Below are positions 25,331 to 36,075 of a DNA stretch of 64,000 bases, in pieces. The first letter of the stretch is position 1; every line of letters begins with the position of its first letter. The position numbers were made by a program, and so were the translations under genes. The notes under the pieces were generated by a model. It was not told where the DNA came from. It searched no databases and was given only the letters and a program-made list of their open reading frames with translations. The DNA is from Podarcis muralis (Eukaryota): positions 26,350,001-26,414,000 of the forward strand of contig NC_135671.1 of assembly GCF_964188315.1 (NCBI RefSeq). The letters are read 5' to 3'.

Positions 25331-25904
25331 TACTTCTTCTGTCTTGGTGCTGCACAAATCCATATTGAAAGTAGAGTCTCTTTGTGCAGCCATTTTTTTA
25401 TTTGCCTGGTGAGGGAGTTGGAGTTGGCTTCTGCAAGCCCAAGACTCACTTCCAACCCTTGAGGTGGGCTGGGGAGTTTGAGTCGCTTGATAGTTGCTAA
25501 GGGTTTGAAAATCAAAGCCATTTGCTGAGGCATCCACTATTGTCACCTTCTGGTTTGGGAAAATGTGCAGTTTTGTGTTTCACTTTTTGTCACGTTGTAA
25601 CTGATTGTATTCTCTAGGGCTGGAATTGTCATAATGGGCTACATGGAGAAGGTTTAGAACTTTTGCTAGCAAACATGTTAGAATTTCGCTACACATTTCA
25701 TGGCAAACAATCCCAAGGCTCCCATGGTATATCTACAAGTTTATACATCAAAACAACACAGATTCCTGTGTTTTGATGATGGTTTGAAACTTCAGCTGAT
25801 AAAAACTGCTATGCCATCTTTTGGGTCATGGTGAGGGGTGCATTATGAGTGCATTACACCAGTGTTCTAATGCCTTTTTGCTTTTCAATTAAAAATGTTG
25901 GCAA

Positions 25905-26265
25905 AGGTAAAGGTAAAGGTAAAGCGACCCCTGACCATTAGGTCGAGTCGTGACTGACTCTGGGGTTGTGGCGCTCATCTCGCTTTATTGGCCGAGGGAG
26001 CCAGCATACAGCTTCCGGGTCATGTGGCCAGCATGACTAAGCCACTTCTGGCGAACCAGAGCAGCGCACGGAAATGCCGTTTACCTTCCTGCCGGAGCGG
26101 TACCAATTTATCTACTCGCACTTTGACATGCTTTCGAACTGCTAGGTTGGCAGGAGCAGGGAGCTAGCAACAGGAGCTCACCCTGCTGCGGGGATTCAAA
26201 CCGCTGACCTTCTGATCGGCAAGTCCTAGGCTCTGTGGTTTAACCCACAGCGCCACCCGCGTCCC
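25905..26265 (-). mobile_element. Sauria/Squam1 SINE copy 2
   Basis: Full-length. TSD ttggcaa at 25898-25904 and 26266-26272. Confidence 0.95.
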
Positions 26266-26374
26266 TTGGCAATGACCTACAGAGGCCTCAATGGCATGGG
26301 CCCAAAATAGGAAGTCATCTTCACCCCATGTTCTTTTGAAGCCTTTAAGAGCTCCTATCAACTGTGTCATCTAT

Positions 26375-26810
26375 TGTCAGGGAACTGACATCAGAGACAC
26401 GGGAGAAGGAGAGGGTCTCAGATTCTGCAGGTGAAGGTCCTAGCACAAGGGGGAGACTCAGCTCGGTGGAAGGGGAAGGAAATACGCGTTACACCAAGAG
26501 TCCAGGAGAGCAAGGGGAAGAGGAGGTGGAAGGGCTCTGGGATTCTTCCCTGGAAGTCAGTGAAGAGAGCCCAGGCACTCCGCTACCCACGCCCACCCTG
26601 CGCAGGAGACTCCCGCGCAATGAGAGGCGGAGACGATTATGTGTCAAACAGCTTTTATGCTGGCAGAGGTTTAAGAAACGCCCACAGACAGATTCTGCCA
26701 GTGACTGAGGCAGTCAAGCGGAGATGGGCTGCGCAGTCCGAAGGGTTTAACCAGGCAACCAAGCACCCAAACGGGGTCGGTTTACGCACGAGTAACTCCA
26801 AACCACTACA
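26375..26810 (+). mobile_element. Solo LTR, 436 bp (Gypsy- or ERV-type)
   Basis: Starts TGTCAGG, ends CTACA, flanked by a perfect 5-bp TSD TCTAT (26370-26374, 26811-26815). GC- and CpG-rich relative to the flanks. Strand is inferred from the ORF and a TATA-like TTTAAGAA at 26670. Confidence 0.85.
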
Positions 26811-27367
26811 TCTATGTATTAAGCCAGGACAGAAAAGGCACTAAGAGATGTATTCCCAGTAGTTGCACTGTAACTTTGGATCTCCTTTTCCTTGGACACT
26901 TCCCCGTGATTAAGTGCCTTCCAGAAGCAGTAAAGTGTTTCTTTTACTGACTTTTGATGCCAAAGATAGGCTAGGTGAAAGTGTTAGTATAGATCAAGGT
27001 GGGATTAAAAAAAAATATTCAGTGTTTTATAATTAGCATATTGTTATCAGTCCTGTTCCCTTGGGATGAGGAGGGCAATGGCATTGAATTAAATAAATTA
27101 AATGCCTGTGGGAAACATCGAAATCATTATGAGCACAGTTCATATCATAACAGGTAGAATCCAAAAAAATTTTTTGGGTGAAGTTAGCCCTATGTCCAAT
27201 TGCACTTGAATATTTTCTTTTATTCCACCCCAGCCCCGGCTATAAAAGGTGGTCTTTTGGTGTGCAACTTTTTGATTTAATATGTGAAGCATAGTATGTT
27301 GGCAGCAGTATTCATATTTTGTTTTTATCCCCAAATATTCCAAAGTACTTGCCCTTCTGTTTTCTAG

Positions 27368-27541
27368 GAATTCCAGCAGTATTCTTTAAGTGAGCTAGAA
27401 TATCTCATACTATCACAAAAATCTGAAATAAAGCTTTTGAAAGAAAAATTGAAAAGAGCAAATCATACACTAGCAGATCATAGCCTTTGCAGCAGAGATT
27501 TCTTGGATTGCATCAGTGTTAAGGCTGGGAAGAAATACAAG
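27368..27541 (+). CDS. CNTLN: Centlein coding exon D (EFQQYSLSELEYLILSQKSEIKLLKEKLKRAN...AGKKYK)
   Basis: tttctag acceptor, gtagga donor, 174 nt (phase 0 to 0). Matches recalled human SLSSLETLMVSQKSEIEYLQEKLKIANEKL...EGKHK. Confidence 0.92.
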
Positions 27542-28369
27542 GTAGGAAAGCTTTATTGCCTTGTGTATTTGTGTCAAAATGAGGTTGGCAAAGCTTGACA
27601 TTTTGCTCTGGGACTCGGATAATACCAGTTTTAATAACTGTCGATGCTACTTATAATTCTGGAAGCTTGATCGAAGAGTGTTTTTATTATCTGCCAAAGA
27701 CTTGTTAAAATAACTGTTGGGAGTAGGAAGTTTTACCTTATTAAACACTGAATAAAGGATTGTTAATTTAATGAAATTATTTAAAGGTTCAATTCTTTGT
27801 AGGATTCTTAAGATGAATATTTATTACTTGATACTGTTTGTGAGGATGCCCATTCTTTTCAAACAGATGAACTTAAGAAATTGAGTTTGAGATTTAAAAG
27901 TTTGCAATTAATATAAATGCTGAGTTAGGAGTTCTGTACAACTGGTGGTGTTTTATCTTTAGAATTAATTATTGAATGAACTCAGTTATTTTCCATGTAT
28001 TTTACCTATTAGAATTTGTATTTCTCCCTGCTCTTAAATGTTCAGGGTTTGTTACATCATGTCATGTAAAAACAAAAACAAAATGTATTACATCAAAATA
28101 ATCCCACCTATACCTGTATAACACTAATTTCCAGATACCCACAAAATATGTCTTTTCATTAGTTCTGATTATTCTTAATTGTGAAGCAGCTCCACAGAAC
28201 ACTAGTCTTCAGACTTCTTGCATGGATAGTATTGTTAACAAAGTAGTTTTGTGTAGTCATATTAATCACAATCACGAGGAAGGAAGATGTTTTTAGGATA
28301 CAGGGCTTCAATGATTATAGGAGTCTATAGGTAGAACAGAACAACTATCTTGAATTATACCTGGAAGCT

Positions 28370-28625
28370 TGCAAGAAGAGCCCTGGTAGATTAGACCAGG
28401 CCTATCTTGTCAAGCATCATGTTTTCCAGAGTAACCAACCACATGCCTATGGGAAGACCACAAGCGGGATACAAGCTCAAGAGCCCTTCTGTGGTGCTGG
28501 TGACACTGGGCATAGCATACAGCCATCATGACTACTAATTACTGATAGCCTTACCCACCATTAATTTTTTTACTCCCCTATTAGTGCCATAGAAGTTGAT
28601 GGCCAATACAACAACATCCTGTGGT
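28370..28625 (-). mobile_element. Old CR1 3' fragment (approximate bounds)
   Basis: aagaagagccctgg...gaccagg...caagcatc...gttgatggcca pattern shared with the CR1s at 32079 and 54642. Confidence 0.6.
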
Positions 28626-31093
28626 ATTTTGAAATTAGGAAATTTGTAAAGATACAAATATGTGGTCAAACAGGGACTCCTTCATCATTCTGACCCCCGT
28701 GAAAGAAGTGGTGCCTTCTACTATCCCAATTTTTTCTAATTTGGAGCCATTAGACATAATTAAGATGGTTCTATGTCTGAAATACTGTAGAAGGAGGTTC
28801 AGTTTAAAAACTGGGAGAAGTGAATCAGGCACCATTTTGCCGGTATTTTTTATTTTTAAAGGTAGAACATACAGCTGCAATGGATGTCCTCTTGTCACCT
28901 TCTCCCACAAATGCTGTGGACACAGAGTAATTCTGAAACAATTTTGGAGGATAATGTTCCCCTGCACTAATTCACCTTTTTTTGCAATGACTGCCCTATC
29001 CCCCCAGAATGCCCAGGATCTGGGGGAAGCTGCCATTTCCGCTTAGGATGCTCAGGGACAACACTGTATCTGAGGCATTCTGGGTAGGAAATAGGTAGCA
29101 CCAAGGGGGGGGGGCAGGAGGCAAGTGCCCCCCAAAGAAGGAGCTCCCCCCACTTGCCACCTCCTGTTACTAGACTCCTGCCATTAACATATATTGATAC
29201 TTTTGGTTCAGAGATCTTAACATGTGAAACACAACTTCCTCACCCAGAAATATACATTGCCTTTTCTGTGCCCACCCCCTGGAAATCTTTTTTTGGTGTT
29301 GCCGCTGGAGATAGCATCTGCCACAAGAGGCACCTGACAAGAGGACCTCTGCCATTGCTGCTGCTGCTGCTGCCTGAAAAAAATCTGCAAATGGGGCAAC
29401 AAATTTGGGGGCCATTCTTTGTCCCACACTGTAGTAATGTTTGAAGTGGCCCACTAGCTGTGGTATAACAGAATCTACTTAGTTATGCCACTCTAGCGAC
29501 CCTTATAAACTATACAGTAGTTCTATTAGCAACCTTTTCCCCACTTCTGACCTGCTCCAGGAAAGCCTCTAGCATGGAACATTTGCACCTCATCGGGGCT
29601 TGCACCGATATCGACTCATTTTGTTGCGTCAACCTTTCTATTCTATTGAAGACTTCATAAACGTTCTTCAGAATTCTCTCCATTCCTGTGCTCTTTGGCC
29701 TGTGCAACCAGTTCATCTTTACTTACAGATGATCTACAGCAAAATGTGTTTTATAATCTGTTCGGCACCATCAATGTACATGGCACTTTACGGATCTTAT
29801 TATAATAGTCTTTACAATGCTACAAGCATAAAAGTGTTCTTAAAGATTTATATAGCGTAGCAATGCATTAGCAGCAAGAAACATACTCTGCCAGAATAGT
29901 CAACCTGATGTCATCTGTTACCTTAAGTACAATTCTACGTAATTCCTACTGAAATGTGGATTGACTCACTGGAGTCAGAGAAAGGGTAGTGAGTTGGTGG
30001 TACAGTTCTGCAACATCCGCCTTGAACACTTGGCAAGAGGGCATCAACCTTAGACTGCAATTATGTTCCTGGAAGTGGCAAGGAAGATGTAAATGTGTGG
30101 AAGATGGAGAGTAGACATTAGAGTTCAGCCCTGTTCACCAGGTGTCATGAGTGCCCCCTTCAGAGGGACCAGGGATGCTGAGAAAACGTGAACAGTAGTC
30201 ATAGAAGATCAGGTTAGGGGCAGCAAGAGAAGTGCCTCTGCCATCCTAAGCCTTCAGTACAGGCAGATAGAGAAATCAATATAACTTTTATTGTTTGTGG
30301 GCCAGTTCACACTCAACAGTTCTCATGCAAGCACCCCTGGAGTGTTGGAGACAATTCTAGGGTTGTGGCCAGGCAGTACTCATGTCCACAAGCCACTTGC
30401 CTTCACAGTGGCTCAAAAAAATAATAAGGCTGCAATTGCACAAATCCTGGGGATCAGTTTGGCCCATGAGGCCATTTCCCCCAAACCACGTCCATCTGCT
30501 CTTCAGCTGATGTCAAGGGAATGTCATCTGATGGGTGAGAAAACAGAGTTTAAGTCTGCATTGGCTGCACAGTCCTGTTCCCAGCAGGAAACAGGATTAT
30601 GCAGCCAAGTAGCATATCTCCTCCTTCCTCAGATTAGCCTTATAGTTGATGGGAAACATATATTTAAATATGTTTTTCAAAGAGGTGTTCCACTACAGTC
30701 CGAATCCTTATCTGTTTTGTGCAAAAACAAAGAACAGCAGAACCCTATTTCTTTTCTTTTGTGTCATTAAAAAACTGATGAATTTTGAAGGCACTGCAAT
30801 TGCTCCTTGTTTTACAAAATAAAATAATTGGAGAAGCTAAAGGAGCATTATATATCTTAGGCTGCTAAACTATTAAGTGCACCATAATGGTATTAAGATA
30901 CTGCCCAGCCTTTTAACCAAAATTATCTAGGAATTCAGTGAAGTTGATCTGAATCTTTCATGCCTTTTACATAAAGGCATATGACATGGTGCGAGCAAGA
31001 AGGTTGCCCAGTTTAAGTGCTATTTTCACACATCCTTTCTCCAGATTGCCGTAGAAAGCTGCACATAATATAAACACACACTCTTGTCTCTAG

Positions 31094-31642
31094 NNNNNNN
31101 NNNNNNNNNNNNNNNNNNNNNNNNNNNNNNNNNNNNNNNNNNNNNNNNNNNNNNNNNNNNNNNNNNNNNNNNNNNNNNNNNNNNNNNNNNNNNNNNNNNN
31201 NNNNNNNNNNNNNNNNNNNNNNNNNNNNNNNNNNNNNNNNNNNNNNNNNNNNNNNNNNNNNNNNNNNNNNNNNNNNNNNNNNNNNNNNNNNNNNNNNNNN
31301 NNNNNNNNNNNNNNNNNNNNNNNNNNNNNNNNNNNNNNNNNNNNNNNNNNNNNNNNNNNNNNNNNNNNNNNNNNNNNNNNNNNNNNNNNNNNNNNNNNNN
31401 NNNNNNNNNNNNNNNNNNNNNNNNNNNNNNNNNNNNNNNNNNNNNNNNNNNNNNNNNNNNNNNNNNNNNNNNNNNNNNNNNNNNNNNNNNNNNNNNNNNN
31501 NNNNNNNNNNNNNNNNNNNNNNNNNNNNNNNNNNNNNNNNNNNNNNNNNNNNNNNNNNNNNNNNNNNNNNNNNNNNNNNNNNNNNNNNNNNNNNNNNNNN
31601 NNNNNNNNNNNNNNNNNNNNNNNNNNNNNNNNNNNNNNNNNN
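31094..31642. other. Assembly N gap (549 N) covering the 5' part of CNTLN exon E
   Basis: N run between an AG acceptor and the visible exon remainder. Confidence 0.99.
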
Positions 31643-31733
31643 AAAGAGCTTTTTGAAAGAGTTGGAGGAATTAAGAAGGCTTAAAATAGCTGAAAGAAAG
31701 ATTGAAAACTTAGAAAAGACACTGCAGCTAAAG
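31643..31733 (+). CDS. CNTLN: Centlein coding exon E, visible 3' part (KSFLKELEELRRLKIAERKIENLEKTLQLK); 5' part lost in N gap
   Basis: Open frame right after the gap, ending at aag|gtgaaa. Matches recalled human PKSSFTDSEELQKLRKAERKIENLEKALQLK. Probable acceptor ttgtctctag ends at 31093, immediately before the gap. Confidence 0.9.
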
Positions 31734-31739
31734 GTGAAA

Positions 31740-31793
<54 letters not shown>
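31740..31793. repeat. (ATT)18 microsatellite starting at +7 of the intron
   Basis: Read directly. Confidence 0.97.
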
Positions 31794-31794
<1 letters not shown>

Positions 31795-32078
31795 GAATTA
31801 GCTTTCAGTTGGCATAGACAGAGGCAAACAAAAATCACAATGTCATTTTATAAAACCCAGCATACATAGCAATGCATATGGAAATTGAAATAAATAAGAT
31901 GTGTTTTCCGTGGGCTTAAAGTTTTACCATTTTCACAGTCAGTCCTGTGCAACAAAAAAATTGAAATAAAATGTTCAAGCAGGTACTTAAATAGAATTTG
32001 AATTAAGGATTGTGGGGCTGGATCCCTGCAAATCTATCTGCCCACCCTAGAGAGTTATATCCCCATGTCTGAAATGGC

Positions 32079-33049
32079 CATAAGAAGAGCCTCCTGGATC
32101 AGGCCAATGGTCCATCTATTCCAGCATCCTGTTCTCACAGTGGCCAACCAGATGCTTGTGGGAGACCATGAAGCAGGCTTTTGGTTTCTAGCAACTGGTA
32201 TTCAGAAGCTTTGCTGCCTCCAACTGTGGAGGACAGAGCCTAATCACTGAGGCTAGTAGTCTTTGATAGACCTCTCCCTCCATACATTTGTCTAATCTTT
32301 TAAAGCCATCCAAGTTGGTGGCCATTATTACTTCCTGTGGGGGTTCCATAGCTAAACTATGCACTGGGTAAAAGCACAGCTTCAGGTTTTGGCTACTCTC
32401 ATCGACAAAAAACCATGGAGTCAAGTGCTAAGAATAAATTCTTTTTTGCAACGCACAGTTGATCTGTATTGGCTGTGTTACTAATAGGAAGGAAAATGAC
32501 TTGTTAGTCCCAGGAATACTGTACTCTGCATAGGACAACTTGAGTTTTTCTGATGTCCCATGAAAGCTCTTTATCTCTTTATCCGCTTCGAGGATACAGT
32601 GAGGTGGTAATGTGCTGCTTCTTGTCAACCAGTTTCTGTAGTAATTAAACTATTGTGTTTGGTCACAACTATTTTGAATATTCGTAAGAACGTTTGTGAA
32701 ATAAATCCATTTCTAAGAATCTGTATTCCCAATTATTGTTTTCAAAAAACAATACAAACAAAACTATGCACTGGGTAAATAAGTACTTTCTTTTATGTGT
32801 TCTAAATCTTCCAACGTCCAGCTTCACTGGATGTCCACGAGTTCTGGTATTTTGAGGGGGGGGGGGGGACTTTTTCCGTTTTCTCCATGTCATGCCAAGT
32901 TTATAATTGTATAAACTTCTGTCATCTCACCTCTTACTCGCCTTTTCTCTAAACTGAAAGTCCCAGACATTGCAACCTTTCTTTGTAGGGGAGTCGCTCC
33001 ATCCCTTTGATCGTTTGGTTGCCCATTTCTCAACCTTTTTCCAACTCTA
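32079..33049 (-). mobile_element. CR1 LINE 3' fragment, interrupted at 32373-32760
   Basis: ORFs SGTFSLEKRRVRGEMTEVYTI and EVIMATNLDGFKRLDKCMEG; cataagaagagcc 3' end. Confidence 0.9.
32373..32760 (+). mobile_element. Unclassified 388-bp retroposed insertion with 19-bp TSD
   Basis: aaactatgcactgggtaaa duplicated at 32354-32372 and 32761-32779. AATAAA at 32700 and an A-rich end (caaaaaacaatacaaaca). Confidence 0.75.
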
Positions 33050-33200
33050 AATGCCATGGGTGTTTCTGTCACCGTGTATGAACATTGCGTTGTCAGTTGA
33101 TCGTAAATAATAATAAAAAACTTAGCTGTGGCAGACTGCCATTTTAAGAGCTTGCATTTTACTCAGTTGTATCTTATCACGTCACCTTGGTATTATGCAG

Positions 33201-33322
33201 ATCCAGGAAAACGATGAGCTGAGGCAAACCCATGAAAAGCGCAAAAAGAGGCTGCAGATGTTACAGACCAACTACAGAGCAGTAAAAAGGCAATTAAAAC
33301 AATGGGAGGAAAGCTATAGCAA
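33201..33322 (+). CDS. CNTLN: Centlein coding exon F (IQENDELRQTHEKRKKRLQMLQTNYRAVKRQLKQWEESYS)
   Basis: atgcag acceptor, gtaagt donor, 122 nt (phase 0 to 2). Matches recalled human SQENDELRDAHEKRKERLQMLQTNYRAVKEQLKQWEE. Confidence 0.96.
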
Positions 33323-33848
33323 GTAAGTTACACAGCTCATTAAAAACCATTATATGTATTAAATCTGAGTGTAACTTTTGCTGCTTAGGTGTTCTAGAAA
33401 AGAAGTAGATTAAAGCAGGGAAAAGATAATTTCCTGATACTGTTGGTCTTTATTGCACAGGCTCATATGAGTAAATGTTACTGTATAAACAAGTGGCATA
33501 AACTGGAATGCCATTTAAGTTTAGATCCCATTATAAGTTTCACGAATGAACAGAGCCACCAATTACTTCTGTTGTGAATGGTCACTGTCCTTTCCTTGTA
33601 CCTGTGTTTTGTGGGAATTTAGTTCCATTGTTTATATATAGCTTTTTTCCTCTATCCATGAAGAAAGGAGGAAGAGGGCTGTGCATATGCTTGGGGAGAG
33701 GGCATGAGCAAAGGCTCAGACGAGTAATGCCAAACCACCCCTTTCTTTTTGCTGCAATGAACTTAACACAATAGGACCACTTTCTCTAAGTTGTCAAATG
33801 GTTTGTTTCACCTCTCCTAAAATCCTTCTTAATTAATGAGTTTACAGT

Positions 33849-33965
33849 GGGGGATATTCAACCAACTTTACTCAGTGTAGATCCATTGAAAATAATGAAC
33901 ATGACTAAGCTAGGTCCAGTCATTTCAGTGGGTCTGTCTGAGTAACAGTTAGTTGAATATCACCC
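33849..33965. mobile_element. Small palindromic MITE-like element
   Basis: gggggatattcaaccaac and gttagttgaatatcaccc form about 18-bp imperfect inverted repeats. Confidence 0.6.
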
Positions 33966-34077
33966 ATTGTTTTAATTGTTTGTTTACATGTAGATTTCAT
34001 TGTACACTCCAAATAATTCTGAATAGCATGCAATAATCATTATAAACACCTGAAACATTTATTAATATATGCAGTTA

Positions 34078-34433
34078 AAGGTAAAGGTAAAGGGACCCCT
34101 GACCATTAGGTCCAGTCGTGACCGACTCTGGGGTTGCGGCGCTCATCTCGCTTTATTGGCCGAGGGAGCCGGCGTACAGCTTCCGGGTCATGTGGCCAGC
34201 ATGACTAAGCCGCTTCTGGCAAACCAGAGCAGCGCACGGAAACGCCGTTTACCTTCCCGCCGGAGCGGTTCCTATTTATCTACTTGCACTTTGACGTGCT
34301 TTCGAACTGCTAGGTTGGCAGGAGCAGGGACCGAGCAACGGGAGCTCACCCCGTCGTGGGGATTCGAACAGCCAACCTTCTGATCGGCAAGTCCTAGGCT
34401 CTGTGGTTTAACCAATAGCGCCACCCGCGTCCC
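34078..34433 (-). mobile_element. Sauria/Squam1 SINE copy 3
   Basis: Full-length. Perfect 15-bp TSD taatatatgcagtta at 34063-34077 and 34434-34448. Confidence 0.97.
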
Positions 34434-34559
34434 TAATATATGCAGTTATACTCCACTTTTACTGTTAGGTCACATGATATGAGCAATGGGCAAGAACAGC
34501 TTAGATTTTAAATTAAGGGCAACTTAAGCAGGTCCATAGCTTGGTGACCAGGAGTGCCT

Positions 34560-34870
34560 ATTTTCAGCTATGGTCCCTTTGGACAGATATTACATAGCCA
34601 AGGTTCTCCATGCTCTATAACTTCCAGATTAATTATTGCAGCATGCTGAACATAGGGCTACCATTGAGGACAACAGTTCCAAAACAAAGCAGCCAGATAA
34701 CTGGTTGGGGTTCCATCTCTAATTTGAATAACCCCCATTTTAAAACAGCTGCACTGATTGCCAATTCGTTTCTGGGCCCAGTTCAAGGTGCTCATGTTAC
34801 TAGATATTTGCCATAAATGACTTGGGCCCCAAATATCTGAAAGTCAGCCTCCTTCCTTACAGACCCTCTT
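34560..34870 (+). mobile_element. Old L2 ORF2 fragment (approximate bounds)
   Basis: Decayed SRLDYCN...LP and WLP...AQFKVL motifs (ccagattaattattgcagc; ttctgggcccagttcaaggtgct). Confidence 0.6.
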
Positions 34871-35894
34871 GAGTGTTATGGTCAGTAGAGGGGGGGAGGG
34901 TTCTCTTGGGAGCTCCACAATTAATTTGCACAGATTGCATTGTTAATTCAACACCAGAATGTGTTGCTAATTAATCATTTATGCTTATAAGTTATAGGGA
35001 AGAAAGTGATCAATTCATAAACCCGGATTAAGCAATGGTAGTGAAAATAACAGTAAAACTAATTGAGATTCTGCTACTTCTTTGAATGGGTTTTTAGGAA
35101 TAACTCTGAATCAAGGCCATGTATTGATTTCTTCAGGGGCCTTTGCTGGTTTTTCTATTCCCTGTAGATAGCTGTTGTGTGCCTGGGTTTATTAAAAGAA
35201 ATGAAATGACCACCTTTTCTGCTTCCATTATTTCCCTCCCTCTGCCCTAACCAAATGGGAGCCTCCATGGGGGCTCTAGGTATGTTGAACTGGTACAAAA
35301 AACCACACACAACAATCTTTTATTTTCTGTTTTAAGATGTGGAGCACTCTGAGACACTTGGGTTCACTTACCAAATTAAATAAAAGCAGTTTTTGTTGAG
35401 CTATTTAGCCCAGAATCACAACCACATAGGGATGGTGTTCAATGAACACAGCAAATTAGCATGGATGTTCCTCTCCCTGGAAAAGCCCCAGTCTTCAGTA
35501 GGAGGAGTTTTGATATGTTGGTTGAATATGCCTCTTCCACTGGGATAATGAATAAATTTAATGTTATAAACTTGTCATCTGTGCACAGGGTTTGTAGTAT
35601 CACTGAGCAAGGAACTTTCTGGACAATTAAAAAACCCCTCAAATATTTATTTTAGGACCACAGTTATACTAGCTCTGATCCAATATCAGGATACCCTTGG
35701 ATCTACAGGTATAGGGTGGTATACAAATTAAATAAATAATACTAATAATACATATTATTATCATGCCTGGTTTCCCACATGCTGTAGGGAATAGCAATTA
35801 TATTATCTTAAATCGGGAGGCATATGCTCTGAGCAGTACATTACTGGATGGCTAAACTGTGAAAAGAAATTGTTTTTGAAATAACATGGTATAG

Positions 35895-36075
35895 GGACAT
35901 AGGAAGTGGTCGTATACCAAAGCCAACCATTGGCCCTTGCAGCTCAGTGCTGGCTTCAGCGGACAGCTCTGACTTTCCCATTTCAGATAGATCCTTCCCA
36001 GACACGTCCAGAGATCTGGACTGAACCTGGAACCTTTTGAATGCTAAACATGTGCCATGCCACTGAGCCACAGGT
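35895..36075 (-). mobile_element. tRNA-Ala-type SINE with CR1-like tail
   Basis: Reverse complement has TGGCTCAGTGG (A box), GGTTCCAGGTTCAGTCC (B box) and a ttcctatgtccctat tail. Confidence 0.6.

Noticed and set aside
26431-26844. 137-aa ORF in a second frame of the solo LTR
   Set aside because: Non-ATG start, runs past the LTR end into flanking DNA, and is explained by purine/GC-rich composition.
28635-29046. Overlapping 128-aa (+) and 133-aa (-) ORFs
   Set aside because: No recognisable domain or splice context, and both partly overlap old repeats. ORFs of this length are expected occasionally by chance in 64 kb.
34069-34383. Recurring ORF AEGAGVQLPGHVASMTKPLLANQSSAR (also 11780 and 53809)
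   Set aside because: This is the antisense reading of the Squam1 SINE, not a gene family.
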